Program-made: the position numbers and the translations under genes
Assembly: GCA_007129525.1 (NCBI GenBank)
Contig: SKVI01000396.1
Location: forward strand, 1 to 34,983
Reading direction: 5' to 3'
DNA from: Gemmatimonadota bacterium
Lineage (GTDB): Bacteria; Gemmatimonadota; Gemmatimonadetes; Longimicrobiales; Gaopeijiaceae
DNA length: 34,983 nucleotides
Shown: positions 8,114 to 16,481 of the stretch, piece by piece
Layout: the number at the start of each line of letters is the position of its first letter
Numbering within the stretch: the stretch's first letter is position 1
Notes under the pieces: generated by a model
Database searches by the model: none
The model's input: only the letters and a program-made list of their open reading frames with translations
What the model was told of the DNA's origin: nothing

Positions 8114-10030
8114 ATGAACATCATCCTGCTTTCTCGACTCCGCCGGTCCGCCGGTTGCCCCCTGGTCCTCCTCACGAGCCTCCCCCTTCTCCTGCTCCTG
8201 TTGGGAGTGGGTGCGCCGGCGCCGGCCGAGGCCCAGCAGACCAACAGGCCGCCCCTGCACGGCAAACACTGGATGGCCATCACGGGCAAGCCGCTGGGGA
8301 CCGCCGCCGGGGCCATGATGTTCCAGCGGGACGGCAACGCGGTGGACGCCGCCGTGGCCATGCTGGGGGCCACCTCCACCATGTGGGACGTGCTGGGTTG
8401 GGGCGGCGAGACCCAGGCGCTGATCTACAACCCCGAGACGGGCCAGGTCATCGGGGTGAACGGGCTCGGCTTCGCCCCCTCCGGCGCCACCCCCGAGTTC
8501 TTCCACGAGCAGGGCATGCACTTCCCCCCGGAGTACGGCCCCCAGGCGGCGGTGATCCCCGGCACGCCGGGTGCCCTCATGGTCATGCTTGCCGAGTTCG
8601 GCAGGCTCTCCCTGGCCGATGTCCTGGAGCCCTCCATCCAGATGGCCGACGGCTACTCCATCGAAGCCCAGACGGCGAACAACATGGAGCGGAATCGGGA
8701 TCGGCTGGAGGAGTGGGAGTACTCCCGGCGGGTCTTCCTTCCCCACCTGGACACCCGGGAGCGGGCGGCCCCCAGCCCCGGCGAGGTCTTCCGCCAGCCG
8801 GAGCTGGCCCGGACGCTCCGGCAGCTCGTGGAGACCGAGGCCGAGGCGCTGGCCGCAGGCGCGTCGCGGGAAGAGGCCATCATGGCGGCCTACGATCGCT
8901 TCTATCGGGGTGACATCGCCCGAGAGCTGGTCCGGGCCACGCAGGAGGCCGGCGGCCTCATCACCCTGGAGGACCTGGACGCCTGGAGTGTGAAGCTGGA
9001 GGAGCCGGTTTCCACCACGTACCGGGACATCGAGGTCTTCAAGCTGGACTTCTGGACCCAGGGTCCGGTCATGCTCCAGGCGCTGAACCTGCTGGAGAAT
9101 GCGGACCTTCGCAGCATGAGCTTCAACAGCAGCCGCTACGTACACGCCCTCTACCAGGCCATGAACCTGGCCTTCGCCGACCGGGACTTCTACTACGGGG
9201 ACCCGGATTTCGAGCCCCACACCCCCGCCGAGGGCCTCCTCTCCAAGGAGTACGCCCGGGACCGGTGGGCCCAGGTGGACTGGGAGCGGAACGACCCCAC
9301 GGTGGGCCCCGGTGACCCCTATCCCTACCAGGGCGAGGAGAACCCCTTCAGTGAGTACCTGGAGGACTGGGAGCCCAACCCCTCCTTCCTGGAGGAAGAC
9401 CCGCCAGGAGCCGTGGCCGAGGAGGGCGACGATGACGACCCCTTCCTCCGGGGGACCACGGCGATCCAGGCAGCAGACGCCGATGGCTGGGTGGTCTCGG
9501 TCACCCCCTCCGGTGGCTGGATCCCCGCCTTCATCGCCGGCGAGACGGGGATCGGACTAGGCCAGCGGATGCAGAGCTTCGTCCTGGATTCCCGGATGAA
9601 CCCCTACAACGTGCTGGAGCCGCGCAAGCGCCCCCGGGTGACCCTGACCCCCACCATGGCGCTGAAGGACGGGGAGCCCTTCATGGCCTTTTCGGTGCAG
9701 GGTGGGGACGGCCAGGATCAGAACCTGCTCCAGATGTTCCTGAATGTGGTGGAGTGGGACATGACGATCCAGCAGGCCGCCGAAGCGCCCAACATCGGAT
9801 CCCGGCAGATGCGGGGCTCCTTCGGGACTCACACGGCGTCACCCGGGGTGCTCGTCGTCCAGGACGAGACGCCTTCATGGATGCTCCGGGAGCTCCGCCA
9901 GATGGGTTACGACGTGCGGACCTCGGCCCGGACCTCGGGGCCCCTGCAGGGGATCTGGTTTGACCGGGAGCACGGCACCTTCTGGGGTGGCGTGAGCCAC
10001 CACGGGGAGGATTACGGGATCGCCTGGTAA
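8114..10030 (+). CDS. ggt: gamma-glutamyltransferase family protein (paralogue 1, secreted)
   Basis: The start is taken at ATG 8114, which gives a signal peptide (LLTSLPLLLLLLGVGAPAPAEAQ). GGT-like motifs are present: GNAVDAAVAMLGA and a candidate autoprocessing site, RG/TTAIQAADADGWVVSVTPSGG. An acidic insertion (EEDPPGAVAEEGDDDDP) lies just before that Thr. Confidence 0.88.
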   Translation: MNIILLSRLRRSAGCPLVLLTSLPLLLLLLGVGAPAPAEAQQTNRPPLHGKHWMAITGKPLGTAAGAMMFQRDGNAVDAAVAMLGATSTMWDVLGWGGETQALIYNPETGQVIGVNGLGFAPSGATPEFFHEQGMHFPPEYGPQAAVIPGTPGALMVMLAEFGRLSLADVLEPSIQMADGYSIEAQTANNMERNRDRLEEWEYSRRVFLPHLDTRERAAPSPGEVFRQPELARTLRQLVETEAEALAAGASREEAIMAAYDRFYRGDIARELVRATQEAGGLITLEDLDAWSVKLEEPVSTTYRDIEVFKLDFWTQGPVMLQALNLLENADLRSMSFNSSRYVHALYQAMNLAFADRDFYYGDPDFEPHTPAEGLLSKEYARDRWAQVDWERNDPTVGPGDPYPYQGEENPFSEYLEDWEPNPSFLEEDPPGAVAEEGDDDDPFLRGTTAIQAADADGWVVSVTPSGGWIPAFIAGETGIGLGQRMQSFVLDSRMNPYNVLEPRKRPRVTLTPTMALKDGEPFMAFSVQGGDGQDQNLLQMFLNVVEWDMTIQQAAEAPNIGSRQMRGSFGTHTASPGVLVVQDETPSWMLRELRQMGYDVRTSARTSGPLQGIWFDREHGTFWGGVSHHGEDYGIAW

Positions 10031-10200
10031 GAAGGGAGAAGGGAGGCCGGCGACCCTCCGGGGAAAACCCCGCGTCTCAGCGTCGCTCCAGGGGGGGCAC
10101 CGTGCCGGACTCCAGACCCAGCTCGTCACGGTAGGTGCCGAGAACTTTGTGCTCCGTCATTTGATACGTCTCGAGCCCCTCGGGCCAGACTCTCATCTTC

Positions 10201-11907
10201 TCAGTGCCCGGCCGCGTGCCCGTCCTTTCTGGGGTCCGAGCCGGCGGCCCACCCCCGGGACAGCTTCTGGATGATCTGGGCGCCTCCCACCGCCCCGGGG
10301 CCGATGAGGGTGACGTCGTGTCCCCGGGCCTCCAGCGCCTGGCGGACGGCGTCGCCGATGCCGGCTTCCATTCCCACCCGCAGCCCCGAGTAGTGGCGGA
10401 AGCGGTCCGCATCGGCGGCCTCCTGCGGGTCCATCCCGAAGAGGACCATGTTCAGCATAACCTGCACGTGTCCCTGGGGCTGCATGGCGCCGCCCATGAC
10501 CCCGAAGCTCAGGTAGGGCTCCTCGCCTCCGTCGTCGGCCACCCGGGTGACAAAGCCGGGGATGATGGTGTGGAAGGGCTCCTTGTTCGGCGCCACGGTG
10601 TTGGGGCGGTCCGGTTCCATGGTGAAGCCGGCGCCCCGGTTCTGCAGGTGGAAGCCGGTGCCGGGGACCACCACCCCCGAGCCGAAGCCGAAGTAGACCG
10701 AGTTGATGAGTGAGACCATGGTGCCGTCCTGGTCCGCCACGCTCAGGTAGATGGTCTCGCTGTGGGTGGCGGCGTCACCGGGGTCGGGGGCCTCCATGGC
10801 CCGGTGCGGATGCAGGAGCTCCCGGCGGGCGTCGATGTAGGGGTCGGAGAGGAGAGCGGCGGGATCCACCTCCATGAAGCGGGGGTCGGCCACGTGCCCG
10901 TCCAGGTCGGCGTAGGCCACCTTTTTGGCCTCGATGAGGTGGTGCAGGTACTCGGCCGAGTTGTGGCCCATGCGCTCCAGTTCAAAGGGCTCCAGGAGCC
11001 GGAGCATCTGCAGGGCGGCGATCCCCTGACCCGGTGGGGGGATCTGCCAGAGCCTGTAGCTCCGGAAGTCGGCGGACAGGGGTTCGACCCACCGGGACTC
11101 GTGGTCGGCCAGGTCGTCCAGGGTCAGGAATCCGCCCAGCTCCCGGACCCCCTCCACCACCCGCTCTCCCAGCGAACCGCCGTAGAGCGCCTCCGGCCCC
11201 TCGGCGGCGATCTGGCGGAGGGTGCCGGCGTAGTCCGGGTTCCGGAACCACTCGCCCGCTTCCGGTGCCCGCTCGCCGTCCACCAGGAAGGTGGCCCGGG
11301 CTCCCTCGTCCTCTTCCAGGACCCCCACCTCGCCGGCCCAGTCCGAGGCCACCACCGGCGAGACGGGGAAGCCTTCTTCCGCCAGCCGGATGGCCGGCTC
11401 CAGGGCCTGCGCCAGGCTGATGGTGCCCCAGCGCTCCAGGAGGTCGGCCCAACCCTGGAGCGCTCCGGGTACCGTGATGGCCTCGGCGCTCCGATTGGGG
11501 ATGTTTTCGTGGCCCGCCTCCAGGAGGGCGTCCCGGGTCATGAGGGAGCCGGATCGGCCGTGGGCGCTCAGGCCTTGGAGCCGCTCCTCGCCCGCCGGCC
11601 AGACCAGGGCGAAGAGGTCGCCGCCCAGCCCCGTCATGTGGGGCTCCACCACGGTGAGGACCACGGCCGCGGTGACGGCGGCGTCCACCGCGTTTCCGCC
11701 TTCCTCCAGAACCCGGAGTCCGGCGCTGGTGGCCAGGGGCTGGCTCGTGGCTATGGCGCCCCGGGGAGCGTAGACCGCCGACTGGCCCGCCGCCGACGCC
11801 TGGGGGGTCTGAGCCTCCAGGTCGGCCGATTCGGACATGGTCACGGCCGGCCCCGCCAGAAAGAATAGGAGGAGCAGCGGCAGAAGCTGGGCGGCAGAAC
11901 GGAGCAT
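10201..11907 (-). CDS. ggt: gamma-glutamyltransferase family protein (paralogue 2, secreted)
   Basis: This is the only minus-strand gene. The start is taken at the ATG whose complement is CAT at 11905-11907, giving the signal peptide MLRSAAQLLPLLLLFFLAGPAV. GGT motifs are present: GGNAVDAAVTAAVVL, SETIYLSVADQDGTMVSLINS and GGAMQPQGHVQ. The track ORF extends 67 codons further upstream with no homology support. Confidence 0.88.
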   Translation of the reverse strand: MLRSAAQLLPLLLLFFLAGPAVTMSESADLEAQTPQASAAGQSAVYAPRGAIATSQPLATSAGLRVLEEGGNAVDAAVTAAVVLTVVEPHMTGLGGDLFALVWPAGEERLQGLSAHGRSGSLMTRDALLEAGHENIPNRSAEAITVPGALQGWADLLERWGTISLAQALEPAIRLAEEGFPVSPVVASDWAGEVGVLEEDEGARATFLVDGERAPEAGEWFRNPDYAGTLRQIAAEGPEALYGGSLGERVVEGVRELGGFLTLDDLADHESRWVEPLSADFRSYRLWQIPPPGQGIAALQMLRLLEPFELERMGHNSAEYLHHLIEAKKVAYADLDGHVADPRFMEVDPAALLSDPYIDARRELLHPHRAMEAPDPGDAATHSETIYLSVADQDGTMVSLINSVYFGFGSGVVVPGTGFHLQNRGAGFTMEPDRPNTVAPNKEPFHTIIPGFVTRVADDGGEEPYLSFGVMGGAMQPQGHVQVMLNMVLFGMDPQEAADADRFRHYSGLRVGMEAGIGDAVRQALEARGHDVTLIGPGAVGGAQIIQKLSRGWAAGSDPRKDGHAAGH

Positions 11908-12185
11908 GGGGGCACCATGGTGAAGTTCGACGTGGAGGCGAGGAGGGCGGTTCCACATGCATCCTACGACCACGTCCCCACCCGGGGCCAGCCCTATGCG
12001 TCCGCCACCCCGGGGTGCCATGCCCCCCCGGCCCTGCCTATATTCCAAAGAGCAGGGTGTCGTCGGGTCCCGGCCGCCTCGTCCAGGGGTGTGGTCGGCT
12101 CGCTGCATCGGATCATTCGGGCGCGCTTGAGCCTCCGCCGGGGGCGCGCCCTGGCCCTCACCCCACCCGGCGGCAGGAGGACTCG

Positions 12186-12935
12186 GTGGCCGGCCACAAC
12201 AAATGGTCCCAGATCAAGCGGAAGAAGGCCGCCATTGACCAGAAGCGCGGCAAGATCTTCAGCAAGCTCAGCCGGGAGATCAGCGTCGCCGCCCGGGAGG
12301 CCGGAGGCGATCCGGACTACAACCCGCGTCTTCGCCTGGCCATCGACACGGCCAAGTCGGAGAACATGCCGCAGGAGAACATCGAGCGGGCCATCAAGCG
12401 GGGGACCGGCGAGCTGGAAGGGGTCCGCTACGAGGACGTGGCCTACGAGGGATACGGCCCCAACGGCGTGGCTCTCTACATTACCACCACCACCGACAAC
12501 CAGAAGCGCACCGTGGCCGAGCTCCGCCACATCCTGGAGAGCCACGGCGGGAACCTGGGCCAGGAGGGATCGGTGGCGTGGCAGTTCGATCGGAGGGGAC
12601 AGATCTTCGTCGACGCCAACCGGTTCCACGAGGAGGCGGTCCTGGAGGCGGCCCTCGAGGCCGGAGGCGAGGACATGACCCGCCAGGACGACGAGTTCAT
12701 CATCATCACGGCGGTGAACTCCTTCCACCAGGTCCAGGAGGCCCTGAAGAAGACCGGGCTCGAGTTTTCCCATGCCGAGCTGGGCATGATCCCCAAGAAC
12801 GAGATGGCAGTGACCGGGAGGGAGGCCGAACAGTTCCTCAAGCTCCTGGACGCTCTGGACGACCACGACGACGTGCAGAAGATCTACTCCAACGCCAACA
12901 TCGACGAGCAGGTCATGGCCGAGGCCATGTCGTGA
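12186..12935 (+). CDS. yebC: YebC/PmpR family DNA-binding transcriptional regulator
   Basis: The family-typical N-terminus AGHNKWSQIKRKKAAIDQKRGKIFSKLSREI starts at GTG 12186. AGGAGG (12175-12180) lies 5 nt upstream. The track ORF start at 12015 adds 57 non-homologous codons. Confidence 0.92.
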   Translation: MAGHNKWSQIKRKKAAIDQKRGKIFSKLSREISVAAREAGGDPDYNPRLRLAIDTAKSENMPQENIERAIKRGTGELEGVRYEDVAYEGYGPNGVALYITTTTDNQKRTVAELRHILESHGGNLGQEGSVAWQFDRRGQIFVDANRFHEEAVLEAALEAGGEDMTRQDDEFIIITAVNSFHQVQEALKKTGLEFSHAELGMIPKNEMAVTGREAEQFLKLLDALDDHDDVQKIYSNANIDEQVMAEAMS

Positions 12936-12948
12936 CGGGGGGCGCCTC

Positions 12949-13500
12949 GTGACTGCTCCCCGGAAGCGGATCGTGGTGGTGGGCATCGACCCGGGCACCA
13001 CCGCTACCGGATATGGAGTAGTGGCCCGGGAACCCGGTGGCGAACCGACGCTCCTGGAGTGCGGCGTCTTCCGCACCACCGCCAAGGCGCCCCTCCACGG
13101 GCGTATCCGGGAGATCTTCGAAGGGGTGGACCAGGTTCTGGAGCGATTCTCGCCGGACGTGGTCGCGGTGGAGGCCGTTTTTCAGGGGAAGAATGCCCGA
13201 AGCGCTCTGATGCTGGGCCATGCCCGGGGTGCCGTTCTGGTGGCCGCTTCCCTCCGGGACCTGGCCATTGCCGAGTACGCGCCCCGCGAGATCAAGAAGG
13301 CGGTGGTGGGCAATGGAGGGGCCACCAAGGAGCAGGTGGGGTTCATGGTGCAGGAGCGGCTTCGCCTGAAGGATCCTCCCTCCCCCTCGGACGCCGCCGA
13401 CGGGGTTGCCGCCGCCCTCTGTTACCTGACCCTCGCCGTGGATGGGCGCCTGGCCGGCGTTCTGCCCCACCGCTTCGCCCCGCGGAGCGCCGACGCATGA
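12949..13500 (+). CDS. ruvC: crossover junction endodeoxyribonuclease RuvC
   Basis: 183 aa with VVGIDPGTTATGYGVV (catalytic Asp region). It has the canonical position between yebC and ruvA. Confidence 0.92.
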   Translation: MTAPRKRIVVVGIDPGTTATGYGVVAREPGGEPTLLECGVFRTTAKAPLHGRIREIFEGVDQVLERFSPDVVAVEAVFQGKNARSALMLGHARGAVLVAASLRDLAIAEYAPREIKKAVVGNGGATKEQVGFMVQERLRLKDPPSPSDAADGVAAALCYLTLAVDGRLAGVLPHRFAPRSADA

Positions 13501-14084
13501 TCAGCCGTGTGCGGGGCACGCTTGTCGAACAGGAGGGGGAGCGGATCGAAGTGGCGACGCCCGGGGGGATAACCTACGAGATCCTGGTGCCCCTGACCGT
13601 GGCCGAACAACTGCCCATCGTCGGCGAACAGGTGGAGGTTCGCACCCTCTACGTGGTGCGAGAGGACCTGGCCGTGCTGTACGGGTTCATGGAGCCGGTG
13701 GAACGGGAGCTCTTCGAGCTGCTCTTGACGGTGAACAAGGTCGGAGGAAGCCTGGCTCTGAAGCTCCTGTCGGCCTACTCCGCCCCCCGGCTCATCCGTG
13801 CCCTCACCAGCCGCGACGTGCCGGCCCTGACACAGGTTTCCGGGGTCGGAAAGAAGATCGCCGAACGGCTGGCACTGGAGCTCTCGGACAAGGCCGACAA
13901 GCTGGAGGTGGCCGACGTCGGTGCAGTCGGCGCGCCGGCGGAGGGAGCCCAGGCGGCGGTCCAGGCCCTCACGGCCCTGGGCATGTCATTTCAGGAGGCG
14001 GAGCAGGCCGTACGGGCGGTCCTGGAGGAGGAGGACGGCCAGCCCAGCACCGACGAGCTCGTTCGCCGCGCCCTCGCCCAGTGA
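13497..14084 (+). CDS. ruvA: Holliday junction branch migration complex subunit RuvA
   Basis: [32 protein letters not shown] is a RuvA N-terminal OB-fold pattern, and [19 protein letters not shown] is a helix-hairpin-helix. The ATG overlaps the ruvC stop (ATGA at 13497-13500). Confidence 0.92.
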   Translation: MISRVRGTLVEQEGERIEVATPGGITYEILVPLTVAEQLPIVGEQVEVRTLYVVREDLAVLYGFMEPVERELFELLLTVNKVGGSLALKLLSAYSAPRLIRALTSRDVPALTQVSGVGKKIAERLALELSDKADKLEVADVGAVGAPAEGAQAAVQALTALGMSFQEAEQAVRAVLEEEDGQPSTDELVRRALAQ

Positions 14085-14133
14085 TGCCGACGCGCGCGGT
14101 CCCCGTCACCTTCGGCCCCGGCAGGGAGGTCGC

Positions 14134-15171
14134 ATGAGCGCACGCCACGAGGTCACCACTCCCGAGGCCCTCACCGAAGACCAGGGGGTGGAGCCCTCCC
14201 TCAGGCCCACGCGACTCGAGGAGTTCGTGGGCCAGGAGAAGGTGAAGGAGTCGCTGGCCATCGCAATCGAGGCGGCAAAGCAGCGGGGTGAGCCCCTGGA
14301 CCACACCCTCTTCCACGGCCCGCCCGGGCTGGGGAAGACCACCCTGGCTGCCCTCATTGCGGCCGAGATGGGGGTGGGCCTGCGGACCACCAGCGGGCCG
14401 GTGCTGGAGAAGCCCGCCGACCTGGTGGGGCTCCTCTCGAACCAGGAGCAGGGGGACATCCTCTTCATCGACGAGATCCACCGGCTCCGGCCCATCATCG
14501 AGGAGTTCCTCTACCCGGCCATGGAGGACTACAAGGTAGAGATCCGGATCTCCGACGGGCCCAAGGCCCAGACCATGACCATGGAGATCGCCCGGTTCAC
14601 CCTGGTGGGGGCCACCACCCGTTTCGGGCTCCTCACTGCCCCCATGCGGGCCCGTTTCGGGATCGTTCAGCGGCTGAACTTCTATCCGCCCGAGGAGCTG
14701 GCCCGAATCGTGGCCCGCAGCGCCTACCTCCTGGACGTCCGGACCACCGAGAAGGGAGCTGTCGAGCTGGCTCGCCGGGCCCGGGGCACGCCCCGAGTGG
14801 CGAACCGGCTGCTGCGGCGCGTCCGGGACTACGCCCAGGTCCGGGCCGACGGGGTCATCGACGTCGAGGTGGCCCAGGCGGGGCTGGCCATGCTGGACGT
14901 GGACGAATACGGCCTGGACGAGATGGACGGTCGGATTCTCCAGACGATCCTGGAGAAGTTCGAGGGCGGGCCGGTGGGCCTCTCCTCGCTGGCGGTGGCG
15001 CTGGGTGAGGACTCCGGGACGCTGGAGGAGGTCTACGAGCCCTTCCTGATCCAGGAGGGCTTCCTCATGCGCACGCCCCGGGGCCGGGTGGCCACGCCCC
15101 GAGCCTACCGGCGGTTTGGGTTCACCCCGCCCGACGACCTGGAGGACCAGGCTTCGCTCTTCCGCGAGTGA
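14134..15171 (+). CDS. ruvB: Holliday junction branch migration DNA helicase RuvB
   Basis: The start is at ATG 14134 ([11 protein letters not shown]). Motifs present: [17 protein letters not shown], Walker [10 protein letters not shown], Walker [10 protein letters not shown] and [15 protein letters not shown]. Confidence 0.96.
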   Translation: MSARHEVTTPEALTEDQGVEPSLRPTRLEEFVGQEKVKESLAIAIEAAKQRGEPLDHTLFHGPPGLGKTTLAALIAAEMGVGLRTTSGPVLEKPADLVGLLSNQEQGDILFIDEIHRLRPIIEEFLYPAMEDYKVEIRISDGPKAQTMTMEIARFTLVGATTRFGLLTAPMRARFGIVQRLNFYPPEELARIVARSAYLLDVRTTEKGAVELARRARGTPRVANRLLRRVRDYAQVRADGVIDVEVAQAGLAMLDVDEYGLDEMDGRILQTILEKFEGGPVGLSSLAVALGEDSGTLEEVYEPFLIQEGFLMRTPRGRVATPRAYRRFGFTPPDDLEDQASLFRE

Positions 15172-15189
15172 ACCGGGAGCGAAGGATCC

Positions 15190-16320
15190 ATGTCGCAGGA
15201 GGAGGGCCCCTTGAGCACCCCGGATGATGCGGCGATCGGGGATCTTCCGGCTCTGCGGCGGACCGCCAGCTACGACTACACCCTCCCCGAGGAGCTGGTG
15301 GCCCGTTATCCGGTCCGGCGGCGTGACCGGAGCCGACTCCTGGTGATGCCCCGGGGAGGCGGTACAGAGCCCCCACTCCGGCATCTCCGTTTCGATGCGC
15401 TCCCCCGCCTCCTGGCCGCGGGCGACCTCCTGGTCCTGAACGAGAGTCGGGTGCTCCCGGTCCGGCTCCTGGGCCGCAAGCCCACCGGCGCGCCCTCCGA
15501 GGTGCTTTTGCTCCGGCCGGCGGACCCGGGCTCCGATCCGCACCTGTGGGAAGCGCTGGTGCGCCCCGGCTCGAAGCTCAAGCCGGGACGCCGGGTCCAC
15601 GTCACCGCCTCCGACGGGGAGGTCCTGGAGATCCGCATCGTGGACGGCCTGCCGGGAGGCGGGCGGTTGGTCCGGCTCGAGACCCGGCGCTCAGTGGAAT
15701 CGGCGCTGGCGCACTTCGGAGAGGTCCCCCTTCCCCCCTACCTGGATCGGGACGCCGAGCCCCTGGACCGGGAGCGATACCAGACGGTGTACGCCCGAGA
15801 GGCCGGGTCGGTGGCGGCGCCCACCGCCGGCCTCCACTTTACCTCGGAACTCCTGGATGAAATCGAAGGTCGGGGAGTGGAGATCGCCCGTGTGGTCCTC
15901 CACGTAGGCCCGGGAACCTTCCGGCCGGTGGAGGTGGAAAGGGTGGAGGACCACCAGATGCATCGCGAAGTCTGGGAGGTGCCGGAGTCGACCTCCAGGG
16001 CCGTGGAGCGGACCCGGGAGCGGGACGGGCGGGTCTGGGCGGTAGGCACCACGGTGGTGCGAACGCTGGAGAGTGCCGCCCACGGCTCCGGTGGCGTCGA
16101 GGCCGGAGGGGGCGAGACGGAGCTCTTCATTGCCCCGGGCTATCGGTTTCAGGTGGTGGACGGCCTCATCACCAACTTCCACCTTCCCCGCTCCACCCTC
16201 CTCATGCTGGTCTCGGCCTTTGCCGGCCACGCCGCCACCATGGCCGCCTACCGGGAGGCCATCCGGGAGCGCTACCGGTTCTACTCCTACGGTGACGCCA
16301 TGGCGGTGGTCCCGGAGTAG
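15190..16320 (+). CDS. queA: tRNA preQ1(34) S-adenosylmethionine ribosyltransferase-isomerase QueA
   Basis: 376 aa with YDYTLPEELVARYP, AAPTAGLHFT and ITNFHLPRSTLLMLVSAF. A GAAGGA Shine-Dalgarno sequence precedes the ATG. Confidence 0.95.
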   Translation: MSQEEGPLSTPDDAAIGDLPALRRTASYDYTLPEELVARYPVRRRDRSRLLVMPRGGGTEPPLRHLRFDALPRLLAAGDLLVLNESRVLPVRLLGRKPTGAPSEVLLLRPADPGSDPHLWEALVRPGSKLKPGRRVHVTASDGEVLEIRIVDGLPGGGRLVRLETRRSVESALAHFGEVPLPPYLDRDAEPLDRERYQTVYAREAGSVAAPTAGLHFTSELLDEIEGRGVEIARVVLHVGPGTFRPVEVERVEDHQMHREVWEVPESTSRAVERTRERDGRVWAVGTTVVRTLESAAHGSGGVEAGGGETELFIAPGYRFQVVDGLITNFHLPRSTLLMLVSAFAGHAATMAAYREAIRERYRFYSYGDAMAVVPE

Positions 16321-16421
16321 GCCGTGTCCGCCGTCGTGAAACGCGATTCCCCGCGTCTGCCCCGAAGCAGTTACCTTTTTCGGCTGTGGGTCGCGGCCGA
16401 CGGGCCCGGGCCCACGCTTCC

Positions 16422-16450
16422 GGAGGCAGGCGCGACTTGAGCGCGCCTCC
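16422..16450 (+). promoter_or_regulatory. GC-rich stem-loop in the tgt 5' leader
   Basis: GGAGGC (16422-16427) pairs with GCCTCC (16445-16450), and GCGC (16430-16433) pairs with GCGC (16441-16444). There is a 2-nt bulge and a 7-nt loop. The structure ends 31 nt before the tgt ATG. Its function is unknown and it could be chance in GC-rich DNA. Confidence 0.25.
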
Positions 16451-16481
16451 CAACTCTCGATCCCTGCCAGCCCCCGCTTCC

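Noticed and set aside
10197-10412. The upstream two-thirds of the 111-aa minus-strand ORF 10077-10412.
   Set aside because: That portion overlaps the 3' end of GGT-2 in a different frame and has an Arg/Pro/Gly/Ser-rich translation. Only the non-overlapping 39-codon tail (10077-10196) is kept, as a low-interest finding.
8114-11907. The two facing GGT genes considered as a recent inverted duplication or a mobile insertion.
   Set aside because: The two proteins differ throughout in sequence and length, so they are old paralogues. No inverted nucleotide repeats, transposase, integrase or tRNA target flanks them.
13969-15600. Other long antisense or overlapping ORFs in the track. Examples are 13969-15600 opposite ruvB, 26864-29056 opposite tamA, 3405-4703 opposite ddl, 16371-17801 opposite tgt and 7883-9220 opposite GGT-1.
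   Set aside because: For 13969-15600 and 26864-29056 I checked the coordinates and they are codon-aligned with the sense gene. The others I reject on composition alone. All have Arg/Pro/Gly-rich translations without motifs, while each sense-strand gene has strong family signatures.
16321-16481. A preQ1 riboswitch or intrinsic terminator in the 161-bp queA-tgt spacer.
   Set aside because: No preQ1-I/II consensus-like sequence is visible, and such riboswitches normally precede queCDEF or transporter genes rather than tgt. The two short hairpins right after queA have only 5-bp stems. Only the 16422-16450 stem-loop was kept, as a low-confidence feature.
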